Positions 19,644-28,776 are shown, counted from the first letter of the stretch. The stretch: 64,000 nt of DNA from an uncultured Methylomirabilota bacterium (GCA_963705305.1 OY970067.1:4320001-4384000); one strand, 5' to 3'. The notes: generated by a model not told the origin, from the letters alone. Program-made: numbers and translations.

Positions 19644-19960
19644 AAACAAAGGGGGAAGTTATGCGCGGCAGCGGGAATGTTTTCCGCGACTTGGGCCGTG
19701 AGACCGCGGATATTGAGCAGTTCAAGGCAATCCTGGCCGCGGAAATCATTAAGACCCTCAACCGGGAGCGCTTGACCGTGCGGGCCGCGCAGGCGCGCAC
19801 GGGCATTGCTGCGGCCGATTTCTCGCGCATTCGGAACACGGACCTCGGCCGGTTCACCGCCGACCGCCTCATGGCGACCCTCAACCGACTCGGGGCGCGG
19901 GTGGAGGTCAAGGTCAGGGTGCGGCGCGCCGAACCTGTCGCGCACCGCGCCACAGCCTAG
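19640..19960 (+). CDS. higA: XRE antitoxin (copy 2)
   Basis: Duplicate of 3352-3672. Confidence 0.85.
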   Translation: MKTKGEVMRGSGNVFRDLGRETADIEQFKAILAAEIIKTLNRERLTVRAAQARTGIAAADFSRIRNTDLGRFTADRLMATLNRLGARVEVKVRVRRAEPVAHRATA

Positions 19961-20068
19961 CTGTCACGTTGGCTCGTTCACTGCGCAGCGCAAAGGCTGA
20001 AGACGGCGGTGGGCTGGCAGGGGCAGCGGAGTCAGGGGTGAGCAGAGGCTGGAAGGAGGGGAGTTGGA

Positions 20069-20099
20069 AAATAAAGTCAATAATGTCGCAACGTCCCCT
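20069..20099 (+). repeat. Cassette-boundary site, subtype B
   Basis: aaataaagtcaataatgtcgcaacgtcccct. Confidence 0.9.
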
Positions 20100-20231
20100 A
20101 AACGTTCTGCCGTTCGACGTTCCACGTGCTCCGCTCGATGTTCCTAACCGCCGCACGTCGAACCGCCGCACCTAGAACCGTCTTTCCCCCCACCTCGCAC
20201 CGTTCTCAACCGCAGCACGTCGAACCGTCTC

Positions 20232-20660
20232 CTACCGCAGCACCCCGGAGGCCCAGCCGAGGATCCCGAGGCCCGCACCGGCAGTGTGTAGCAAAATTCG
20301 AAATGTACTTTCCGAGAGGACATCCAGGGGTTCGTCACAATTCGAAATCCGAAATTCGCAATCCGCAATGTCCTTCATGCTGCCACTCGTCCAGCCCCGC
20401 CACCGCCATTGCCGTCGCCAAGGCGCAGGCGATGACCAGCGTTCGCTGCCGGCCGTTGCCATTCGTCGCAGATCGGGACAGCAGCCAGCCGAGGACCGCG
20501 TACGCCGCCAGGTGGATGCTTTTCCGAAGAAGCAGGCGCAGCACGTCCCCGTCCCGCATGGGCAGCGCATGGGAGGTTCCAATCAGAAAAATCACGCCGA
20601 CCCAGGCGAGAGTCAGCAGCCAGAGTCGGCGGGGATCAATCAGATTGGAGATTCGCATTC
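20232..20660 (-). pseudogene. vanZ: VanZ allele disrupted by a heptamer-rich replacement
   Basis: Matches 3897-4280 except 20286-20380. Confidence 0.8.
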
Positions 20661-20722
20661 GGGAGACCGAGAACAAATAACCGCACTATCATCCAACCTG
20701 GTGCACGTGACCTGCCCCCTCC

Positions 20723-20920
20723 TCAGAAATGAGTTGCCACTAGGAGTCCTATGGACGCACCGGTCAGCCTCACCGCGAGAACCCTAAGCAGTATGCGCCG
20801 ATGGTGGCCTGGAAGCGACTCTTCACCCCCACCTTTAACCAACATTACGAGGCCCACGACGAGGCCTAAAAATGGCAAAACGCGCAGAGCCAAATTCATC
20901 AACCCAGAAAGTTGATCCAT
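20723..20920 (-). CDS. Small putative membrane protein
   Basis: Two hydrophobic segments; paralogous scrap near 5667-5790. Confidence 0.45.
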   Translation of the reverse strand: MDQLSGLMNLALRVLPFLGLVVGLVMLVKGGGEESLPGHHRRILLRVLAVRLTGASIGLLVATHF

Positions 20921-21152
20921 GACTATACCCTTGTCGAATAGCAACGAATCAGTCGGCTTACCACCAGATCCGTTTCCTCAAGGAGGATAAACTCGAACCT
21001 CCCCAGGCGAGAGTTAGCAGCGATAACCTACGACGCTCGGTCAGCTTCGAGATTCGCATTCCGAACTACATCCGTCCGACTGTTCTCCTTTGCGCCCTTT
21101 GCGTCTTGGCGTGAAATGCGAGTGTTTTCCGTGTCGAATTTCGAATTGTCTT

Positions 21153-23444
21153 TCAGTCATCCGCCGTGCCGGCGCTGGTTTCGGCGGCCGATGGCGAGCG
21201 CCTGAGCAGCTCCTGCACCCGCTTCTCCACGATGCTGACCGGGAGGGGCTTGTAGATCCGGTCGGCGGCCCCCAGGGCCGCGACTTGGTCCATGCTGAGC
21301 ACCTCGGCCGAGTCGGCCAGCAGGAGGATGGGCACCCCCTGATGCCTGAGCTTCTCGCAGAGCCGCTTGATGTTCGTCCGGGGCAGATGGTGGTGCAGGA
21401 TGACGAGGTGGAGGGGTGCATCTTTCAGGTGCTGGAGGGCCTCCCGCTCGGTCTCGGCCTCCAGGACGAGGTAGCGGGCCTGGAGGATCCGTTTCAGGGT
21501 CTTCCGGGTGTAGGGGTCCGCCTCTACTACCAGGATCCGCTCGGTGCGCCGGGGGCGACGGGTCGGGGGCGGGGCCCCATCCACGTAGCCCGGGACCAGC
21601 GCGGCCAGCATGGCCGAGAGCGCTCGCTGATCCTCGGTGTCGGCATGTTTGAGCAGATCCTGGATCCCGGCCTCCAGCTTACCGAGGTCGTTCGGCTCCG
21701 CCTCCACGACCATGATCTTCTCGTGAAGGGTGGGCAGGACGCGGGTCTCGGAGTTCAACAGCTCCTCGAACAGCTTCTCCCCCGGCCGGACCCCCGTGAA
21801 GGTGATCTCGATGTCCCGCTCGGGATCCAGGCCCGAGAGGGCGATGAGGTCCTTGGCCAGGTCCAGAATCCGCACCGGATCGCCCATGTCGAGGACGAAG
21901 ATTTCCCCGCCCTCTCCTTGCGTTGCCGCCTGGAGGACGAGCTGGCTGGCTTCCGGGATGGTCATGAAGTAGCGCAGCATGTCGGGGTGGGTGACCGTGA
22001 CGGGCCCCCCGGCCTCGATCTGGCGCTGGAAGACCTGGAGGACGCTCCCCTCGCTGGCCAGGACGTTGCCGAAGCGCACCGTCATGAAGCGGGTGGCGCT
22101 CTTGACGTTCAGCGCCTGGACGTACATCTCGGCCAGGCGCTTGGTGGCGCCCATGATGCTGGAGGGACGGACGGCCTTGTCGGTGGAGATCATCACGAAG
22201 TGCTCCACCCCGACCCGCTCGGCCGTCCGGGCCGCCACCATCGTCCCCCGGACGTTGTTCTTGACCGCCTCGGCCTTGTTCCCCTCCATCAAGGGCACGT
22301 GCTTGTGGGCCGCCGCGTGGAAAAGCACCTGGGGCAGGTGCTCCTCCAGGACAGCCGTCATCCGCGCCTCATCGGTGACATCGGCGATCACAGGGTGGAG
22401 GACGAGCTTCGGGAATTTGTCCCGCAGCTCCAGCTCCACGAAGAAGAGGCCGTTCTCGGACCGGTCCAGCAGAACGAGCTCGGCCGGGTCGAACCGGGCG
22501 ATCTGCCTACACAGCTCCGACCCGACGGAGCCGCCCGCCCCCGTTACCAGGACCCGCTTCCCCGAGACGAACTGCTCGACCTCGGCCTGGTCGATCCGGA
22601 CCGGCTCGCGCCGCAGGAGGTCGGCGATGTTCAGCCGCCGCGGCTTGACGGCCATCGCCGGACTGTCGGCCAGCTCGCGCAGGTTGGGAATCGTCTTGAA
22701 CTCCACCTGGGCGGACCGGCAGGCCCCGATGATCCGGCGCATCTGCTCGCCTGTGGCCGAGGGGATGGCGATCAAGAGCTCGTGGATCGCATGCGTGTGG
22801 CACAGGTCGGGCAGTTCGTCGATCGTCCCCAGGACTTTCTTGCCGTGGATGCGCCGGCCCTGCCTGGCCGGATCGTCGTCCACATATCCGACGACGTTGT
22901 ACGGCAGCCCGACGTTCCGCTCGATTTCCCGGACGAGCATCTCCGCCGCATCGCCCGCCCCCACCACCAGGGCGCGCTTCTCGCGGCGCTGGCCGTTCAT
23001 GGCTGACTCGCGCAGAGCCCGGATAGCCAGGCGGCCGCCGCCGGCGAACAGCAGGCAGATCCCCCAGTCGATCGGAAAGATCGGCCAGGGAAAGTCTTGG
23101 TTTATCAGTCCCAGCACGATGGCGGCAAAGAGCACGGAGCTGAGGGTTACCGCCTTCACAATCTTGAGAATGTCCCGCATGCTGACGTATCGCCAAACCT
23201 CCTCGTACATGTGGAACCAGGCGAACGCCAGCAGGCGCAGGGCCAGGATCAGCGGCAGCGTGTGGACGAGCTGCCGCCAGTCGTCCCGGTCCACCGGGTA
23301 CTCGAACCGCAAGACAAATGCAAGACAGTACCCGCCCCCGACCAGGCCGGCGTGCAAGAGGACGATGATCACCCGCCGCAGCGGCGCGATAGCCTCCACG
23401 AGACGCCCCATCCGATTCTTGACACCCACCGCAGAAGCGCTCAT
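21153..23444 (-). CDS. capD: CapD/PglF/WbpM-type nucleotide-sugar dehydratase with N-terminal TMs and a C-terminal receiver-like domain
   Basis: VTGAGGSVGSEL, HAAAHKHVPLME, ISTDKAVRP, RFGNVL, RPGEKLFEEL; C-terminal ILVVEAD...YKP. Confidence 0.92.
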   Translation of the reverse strand: MSASAVGVKNRMGRLVEAIAPLRRVIIVLLHAGLVGGGYCLAFVLRFEYPVDRDDWRQLVHTLPLILALRLLAFAWFHMYEEVWRYVSMRDILKIVKAVTLSSVLFAAIVLGLINQDFPWPIFPIDWGICLLFAGGGRLAIRALRESAMNGQRREKRALVVGAGDAAEMLVREIERNVGLPYNVVGYVDDDPARQGRRIHGKKVLGTIDELPDLCHTHAIHELLIAIPSATGEQMRRIIGACRSAQVEFKTIPNLRELADSPAMAVKPRRLNIADLLRREPVRIDQAEVEQFVSGKRVLVTGAGGSVGSELCRQIARFDPAELVLLDRSENGLFFVELELRDKFPKLVLHPVIADVTDEARMTAVLEEHLPQVLFHAAAHKHVPLMEGNKAEAVKNNVRGTMVAARTAERVGVEHFVMISTDKAVRPSSIMGATKRLAEMYVQALNVKSATRFMTVRFGNVLASEGSVLQVFQRQIEAGGPVTVTHPDMLRYFMTIPEASQLVLQAATQGEGGEIFVLDMGDPVRILDLAKDLIALSGLDPERDIEITFTGVRPGEKLFEELLNSETRVLPTLHEKIMVVEAEPNDLGKLEAGIQDLLKHADTEDQRALSAMLAALVPGYVDGAPPPTRRPRRTERILVVEADPYTRKTLKRILQARYLVLEAETEREALQHLKDAPLHLVILHHHLPRTNIKRLCEKLRHQGVPILLLADSAEVLSMDQVAALGAADRIYKPLPVSIVEKRVQELLRRSPSAAETSAGTADD

Positions 23445-23579
23445 TTCGTTTCTAACGTAAACATTTCACCGACAAGATGGCGAAGGGGGGTGAATCGGCG
23501 AGCCGGAGAGTCGGTGAACCGGCGTAAGAAACGCTTCCAAATTGAACCCTTGCGGGAGGAGGCGCATGGGATATGCCGC

Positions 23580-24239
23580 TCAGACTTCCCATCTGCAACG
23601 AATTGTGGCCCAGACAGAGCGGAAGATCAGACCGAGGTCGTACAGCAGCATCTCAACGTCCCCCGCCCACCCCCGCTCGTTCATTCGCCTGACCCGGCGG
23701 ATATAGATCAAGTCGTACCGGAACTTCTGGCGGTGCGGCACCTCCCGTGGGGCGAAGAGCTGGGTGATCCCCGTGAGGCCCGGCCTGACGATCTGCCGCT
23801 GGGCGAAGCCCGGGACGTCCCGGATGTACAGTTCCTGTGAGGTATCCTTGACCCGCACGATCTCTTTCTCGGGTTGCGAGCGGGGGCCCACGAAGCTCAT
23901 GTCCCCCTTAAAGATGTTCCATACCTGCGGAAGCTCGTCCAGCGCCGTCATGCGCAGCAGCCGGCCTGCGCGCGTGATGCGAGGGTCGTTGCGGCTGGCC
24001 TGCACCTCCACCCGGCCGGGCTCCTTGCGCATCGAGCGGAACTTCAACGCCCGGAACATCCTGCCGTGCCGCCCGATCCGGTCCTGGCGGAAGAAGATTG
24101 GCAGCCCATCCTCCCACCAGATGCTCACCGTGATCAGCAGCCATAACGGAAGGCTGATCAGCAGGCCGAGGGAGGACAGAGCGAGATCGAGCGGCCGCTT
24201 GAATCGCGGCTCGCGGAGAGTTCCCTGGACTGCATTCAT
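23580..24239 (-). CDS. Priming phosphoglycosyl (bacterial sugar) transferase
   Basis: KFRSM, DPRIT, LDELPQ, GDMSFVGPR, RPGLTG. Confidence 0.92.
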   Translation of the reverse strand: MNAVQGTLREPRFKRPLDLALSSLGLLISLPLWLLITVSIWWEDGLPIFFRQDRIGRHGRMFRALKFRSMRKEPGRVEVQASRNDPRITRAGRLLRMTALDELPQVWNIFKGDMSFVGPRSQPEKEIVRVKDTSQELYIRDVPGFAQRQIVRPGLTGITQLFAPREVPHRQKFRYDLIYIRRVRRMNERGWAGDVEMLLYDLGLIFRSVWATIRCRWEV

Positions 24240-24291
24240 CTCCTGCACTGTCTGACGCGGCACACCCCCCTGCCCCGCTGAACCGAGAAAC

Positions 24292-25281
24292 TCAGAGGTC
24301 GCCCGCATGTCGCATCTCGGCAATGGTTTCCCGCCACCCCGTCATGAGATCATACTGCGGGCGGAATCCCAGCTCGTCCTGGATCCGCTGTCCGGACACC
24401 GCAATGTCTTCCAGGTACTTCTCGATCGTCGCCCGCCCTATGGGAAGGGCTAGTCGGAATAGACCCGCTGTATCTTCCAGTATCCCCGCCACCGCACGGA
24501 CAGGTCCCGCAGGAAGAGCGATCCGCGGCGGTCTTCTCCCCATGGCAGAGCAGATGGCACCAACGATCTCGGAAATCGCGTGGAACCGGCCGTCCGTCAC
24601 GTTGTAGACCCGGCCGGCCGCCATGGGATGCTCGAGGGCCAGGACCGCTGCCCGCCCGACGTCCCGGTCATAAACCAGCGTTCGGCGGTTCCGCCCGTCG
24701 CCTATCGGCACGAAACGGCGCCGCGCCAGAAGCTCCACCAGCCGCCGGTAGTTGCCTTTGATGCGGGCGCCGTAGATCGCCCCCATGCGCAGCACCGTCC
24801 CGATCCGCTCTCCGCTCGAAGATGTCGCCCCCAGCACGATCCGCTCCGCCGCCAGCTTCGTCTCCGCGTAGAACGTTTTCGGGGCCGCCGGGCCGTCCTC
24901 GGTCAGGATGGCGCCGTTCGAGTCGTCGTATACGTTGATCGTGCTGAAAAAGACCAGCCGTCGGACGCCGGCCCGCACGGCCGCCTCGACCACTGTGGCG
25001 GTTCCCCCCACATTGACCCGCTCGAACGACGCCCGCGCCTCGGGCGGTGGATTCAGGATGTGCAGCAGAGCCGCCAAGTGGATGACGCCATCGACGCCCT
25101 CCACGGCAGCACGCACCGCCTCCGGATCCGTGATGTCTCCCTGGCACACCTCAACACCATCTGGTAACGACCCGGGTACAGGACGATCTATGGATGTTAT
25201 CCGAACTTGAAATCCGGCCTCACATAACCCCCCCACCACTCGGGGCCCAACGGAACCGGTCGCACCCGTCACCAAAACCAT
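24292..25281 (-). CDS. NAD-dependent epimerase/dehydratase
   Basis: VTGATGSVG, HLAA, YAETK. Confidence 0.88.
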   Translation of the reverse strand: MVLVTGATGSVGPRVVGGLCEAGFQVRITSIDRPVPGSLPDGVEVCQGDITDPEAVRAAVEGVDGVIHLAALLHILNPPPEARASFERVNVGGTATVVEAAVRAGVRRLVFFSTINVYDDSNGAILTEDGPAAPKTFYAETKLAAERIVLGATSSSGERIGTVLRMGAIYGARIKGNYRRLVELLARRRFVPIGDGRNRRTLVYDRDVGRAAVLALEHPMAAGRVYNVTDGRFHAISEIVGAICSAMGRRPPRIALPAGPVRAVAGILEDTAGLFRLALPIGRATIEKYLEDIAVSGQRIQDELGFRPQYDLMTGWRETIAEMRHAGDL

Positions 25282-25297
25282 ATCCCGTCTTTTACTT

Positions 25298-26545
25298 TTA
25301 TGCTGCGCCGCAACACACCCTTCGGAGGACCTCGTCATACTCACCGATGACGGCATCTTTGCTGTAGTGGTCGAGGATCCACTGACGACCATTCTTGCCC
25401 ATTTCCCGGCCGAGTTCTGGTGATCGATAGAGTAGGCAGATTGCCTGGGCCATCTCACTCGCGGATTCCGGCACGACCACTATTCCGGCCTTCGACATGC
25501 TCAGCAACTGCGCAGACTCAGTGTCAGGCTCCGAGGCCGAGACCACGGGCCGTCCTGCGGCCATTGCCGTGTAAATCTTGGAAGGAACGGTATCATAAGA
25601 AAACCCGAAGCGCATCGGCGAGAGACAGACGTCAGCGGTGGCATAGACATCGGGGACCCGTTCCTCCGGCTCAAAGGGCAGCAGCCGCATGTTCTTCGCT
25701 CCGGAGGCTGCAATTGCCTCTTCCAGCTTGGTCCGGCCCGCCCCATCCCCGATCAAGACGAGAAGGATATCCTGCTCCTTTTCGAGTTCCTTGGCCACCT
25801 CGATCAGCACCTCCAACCCTTGGGTTAGGCCTATATTTCCCCCGTAGAACGCCACGTACCTGTCGACGAACCCGTGCTGTCGGCTGAAAGGGTTCTGCTT
25901 ATCTCGTGGTTGGATCCGGTCGACGTCGACAAAGTTGGGCGTGAAAAACAGCTTCTCCCGAGGGACACCCCGCTTCAGCAGGCTGGCGATGAAGCACTCG
26001 GCGATCGAGGTGATGCACGCCGACCGACGGTAGACGAAGGTCTCGAGGGCAGTAACCAGCCGCACGAGAAATGGATTCCGAATCAAGCCCAAACGGATCG
26101 GGACGTCAGGCCAGAGCTCCCGCACATCATAGACGAGCTGGCCCCGCTTCAGCCTAGCAAGCAGGTAGCCCTCCAAACCCAAAGTGATGGGGGGAGAGGG
26201 CACGAAGATGACATCCTGGCGAGGTATCCTGATAGCTGCGACAATCAACGTTGCGAGATGAAACCAGAGATAATCGAGTGCGCGGCTCCGCACTCTTTTC
26301 CGTTTAAGTGGCATGTAGACCCTGAATACCCGAACCCCGGATTCCTTCGACTCGGTGAAAAGGCGCCGCGCCCTGTAGATTGGATTATTCAGAATCTTTT
26401 CCGAGGGATTGTAGTGCAGCATGGAGGTGAGGACGGTTACCTCATGCCCCCTGGCTCGCAAGCCGTGGGCGAGCTCCTCCATCATCTTCGCGGTCGAAAC
26501 ATTGTCCGGGCCAAAGACCAAGGACAGCATCAGAACTCTGGCCAA
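25298..26545 (-). CDS. GT4 glycosyltransferase (WbuB-like)
   Basis: PSPP, DVRELWP, GNIGLTQGLE, VPSKIYTAMAAGRP. Confidence 0.9.
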   Translation of the reverse strand: MARVLMLSLVFGPDNVSTAKMMEELAHGLRARGHEVTVLTSMLHYNPSEKILNNPIYRARRLFTESKESGVRVFRVYMPLKRKRVRSRALDYLWFHLATLIVAAIRIPRQDVIFVPSPPITLGLEGYLLARLKRGQLVYDVRELWPDVPIRLGLIRNPFLVRLVTALETFVYRRSACITSIAECFIASLLKRGVPREKLFFTPNFVDVDRIQPRDKQNPFSRQHGFVDRYVAFYGGNIGLTQGLEVLIEVAKELEKEQDILLVLIGDGAGRTKLEEAIAASGAKNMRLLPFEPEERVPDVYATADVCLSPMRFGFSYDTVPSKIYTAMAAGRPVVSASEPDTESAQLLSMSKAGIVVVPESASEMAQAICLLYRSPELGREMGKNGRQWILDHYSKDAVIGEYDEVLRRVCCGAA

Positions 26546-26579
26546 CGGAAAGGGACCCTTTCTTTTGGTACCCGACGGT

Positions 26580-27572
26580 CTAAGCTTTCTGCCGCGTTCC
26601 GATCATCTTTCTTTGAACCTGATCTTCAATCCAGTCATACGTCCGCTTAAGGCCGTCTTCCAGGGAGACCTGGGGCTCCCATTTCAGGACCTCGCGCAGG
26701 CGAGTATTGTCAGAATTCCGCCCGCGTACTCCTTGCGGACCAGGAACATGCTTCTTTTTGATCTCGATTCCAGCGATAGATGCGACCAGGTCCGCAAGCT
26801 CGTTTATGTTGATCAGCCGGTCTTGGCCCAGGTTCAGGGGCTCGTGGTGATCGGAGCGCATCAGTTTGTAGATGCCCTGCACGCAATCATCAATGTAGCA
26901 AAAGGACCGAGTCTGCTCGCCGTCTCCCCAGATTTCGATCTCCGGATTCCCCGTGAGCTTAGCGACCGCCACCTTTCGGCACATCGCCGCCGGCGCCTTC
27001 TCGCGCCCGCCCTCCCAGGTGCCGAGAGGGCCAAAAATGTTGTGAAACCGAACGACCCGCGTCTCCAGACCGTAGTCTTCCCGGTAATGTGCACAGAGCC
27101 GCTCCGTAACCAGCTTTTCCCAACCGTAGGCATCCTGCGGCTGTGCCGGATAGGCGTCGTCCTCTTTCAAGGGCACAACGTTCACGTCTGTTTGCTTGTA
27201 CTCGGGATATATGCAGGCTGAAGAGGTATAAAAGTGGCGCTTCACGCCGTTGACTCGACCCGCTTCCAGCGTATGGATGTTAATAAGAGAATTATTGTGA
27301 AGGATCTCGCTATGGTGACAAGAGATGAACCCCATGCCCCCCATGTCGGCGGCCAGAGCGTACACCTCATCGATGCCTCGTGTCGCCTGAAGGCAGTTGT
27401 CCCAGCGCCGGAGGTCCAAGATCTCGAACTCGTCGGCATCCGCATTGCTGAATTCCGGATGCTTGATGTCAACGCCACGCACCCAGTAGCCTTCCTTCTT
27501 GAGGAAAGTTACCAGATGGTGGCCAATGAATCCGCCAGCGCCAGTGACGAGCGCTCTTGCCTTTATCGACAT
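26580..27572 (-). CDS. GDP-mannose 3,5-epimerase-like SDR
   Basis: LAADMGGMGFI, YTSSACIYP, YGWEK, GGREKAPAA, GVRGRNSDN. Confidence 0.82.
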   Translation of the reverse strand: MSIKARALVTGAGGFIGHHLVTFLKKEGYWVRGVDIKHPEFSNADADEFEILDLRRWDNCLQATRGIDEVYALAADMGGMGFISCHHSEILHNNSLINIHTLEAGRVNGVKRHFYTSSACIYPEYKQTDVNVVPLKEDDAYPAQPQDAYGWEKLVTERLCAHYREDYGLETRVVRFHNIFGPLGTWEGGREKAPAAMCRKVAVAKLTGNPEIEIWGDGEQTRSFCYIDDCVQGIYKLMRSDHHEPLNLGQDRLININELADLVASIAGIEIKKKHVPGPQGVRGRNSDNTRLREVLKWEPQVSLEDGLKRTYDWIEDQVQRKMIGTRQKA

Positions 27573-27664
27573 CTTTTGCCTCCTATCAGAGTGGTCCCAC
27601 AAGCCAATGCGTCGGTTTCAGAGCCATTTGGAACCCCGGCCGAGTTCACCCGCATTCCGTCGAA

Positions 27665-28669
27665 TCAAAAGGGGGGTTTTCGTGCCAGGCGAACCAAGTG
27701 ATTCTTCAGGTTGGCCAGTGGCGACAGGTACACGAGACGGGTCAAGGCTCGGCTATGGAAGATGATCTGTGCGACGTGCTGCAGCAGATCACCCTTGGCT
27801 TGAAAGCGCCGGCAGGCCACCGCGGGCGCTTGCACCTCTCGATGGCCTCCAAACATCGGGGTCCCATGGACCCTCAGCGCGTACTGCAAGTACGGAACCG
27901 AACGCTCGTCGATTCCCATGAAGCGACTGCCAAGAATGTCCCCTACGAGGAGCGGGGCGCTGAGCAGAAGTAGGTTGAGCGGAAACACATCCCCATGGAT
28001 TGGTCCAAAACCATCCATCGCCCAGGTGCCGTCGATCAAGGACCACCCCGGACCCCAGAGGGCCAGCATCCCGGATAGGACTTCGGGAAGTCTCGCATGG
28101 TGCAGGAGACGCTTGGAGCTCGGGATGCACCCCCAGAGATTCTTGAGGCCGAGGGTTACCGTCGTGAAGGCGTGAGTCTTGAGGACTGGCACACTGAAAA
28201 GGATCCCCGGTTTCTCCATGAGCCGCCGGGGCAATTCGACGGGGATCTCATCCTCTCGCCGCCCCGGCAACAGGGTGCGAACGGACGGCTCCCGGCTCAG
28301 GTTGACGGCAGGAACCCCGAACTGCTGCTCCAAACGTCTGACGCCGTGCCCTTCGAAGGCCTGATCGGCAGTCCAGGAATCCAAGCTCCCATCGGATTCG
28401 ATGATGATGGGCCAGGCCCCGAGCCGGCACAGGGCCTCTATGATAGCCGCCAGGACTTCGGGCGACGTCGTAACACCCGGGCGATACGCCGGCGCCGTGA
28501 AATTCGGCTTGACATACACGATCTGCCCCGCCCAGGAATCGGCCCCCCGCAGGCAGGACGTCAACTGGTCCGCAAGTGGCGGACCACCCGCAGGCTCAAT
28601 CTTGAGCCATTGCACGAAGATATCGCGCGGCTCACTCTTGCCCGAGGTCTCCCTCGGCGGCCCCGTCAT
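27665..28669 (-). CDS. DUF362 domain protein
   Basis: VKPNF, PVLKTH...TLGLKNLWG, IDG...MDGFGP. Confidence 0.8.
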   Translation of the reverse strand: MTGPPRETSGKSEPRDIFVQWLKIEPAGGPPLADQLTSCLRGADSWAGQIVYVKPNFTAPAYRPGVTTSPEVLAAIIEALCRLGAWPIIIESDGSLDSWTADQAFEGHGVRRLEQQFGVPAVNLSREPSVRTLLPGRREDEIPVELPRRLMEKPGILFSVPVLKTHAFTTVTLGLKNLWGCIPSSKRLLHHARLPEVLSGMLALWGPGWSLIDGTWAMDGFGPIHGDVFPLNLLLLSAPLLVGDILGSRFMGIDERSVPYLQYALRVHGTPMFGGHREVQAPAVACRRFQAKGDLLQHVAQIIFHSRALTRLVYLSPLANLKNHLVRLARKPPF

Positions 28670-28776
28670 TGTCGTCTGGCCCCATTAGTCTCCACCTCAG
28701 GGATGGTGGAAACCCCTCAGCTTCAGCTGAGGCCCACTGGGCGATAGGGGCGCCACAAACTCCCACATTCCTTCGT

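Larger units (their letters stand above)
18450..20166 (+). repeat. Segmental duplicate of 2162-3878
   Basis: Offset 16288. Confidence 0.95.

Noticed and set aside
741..20099. 31-bp repeats as a CRISPR array
   Set aside because: Intervals are hundreds to thousands of bp and contain whole genes; no cas genes are present.
741..20099. Integron attC array
   Set aside because: Sites lack RYYYAAC...GTTRRRY ends and internal palindromy, cassettes are in both orientations, and there is no intI in the window.
1..20166. Duplications as a pure assembly artefact
   Set aside because: Copies differ by substitutions, a 254-bp segment and intervening cassettes, and end at or near sites. An artefact is not fully excluded without reads.
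21090..23460. Long plus-strand ORFs (638 aa, 493 aa) and similar ones opposite the helicase and transposases
   Set aside because: Antisense shadows of well-supported genes in high-GC DNA, with no recognisable motifs.
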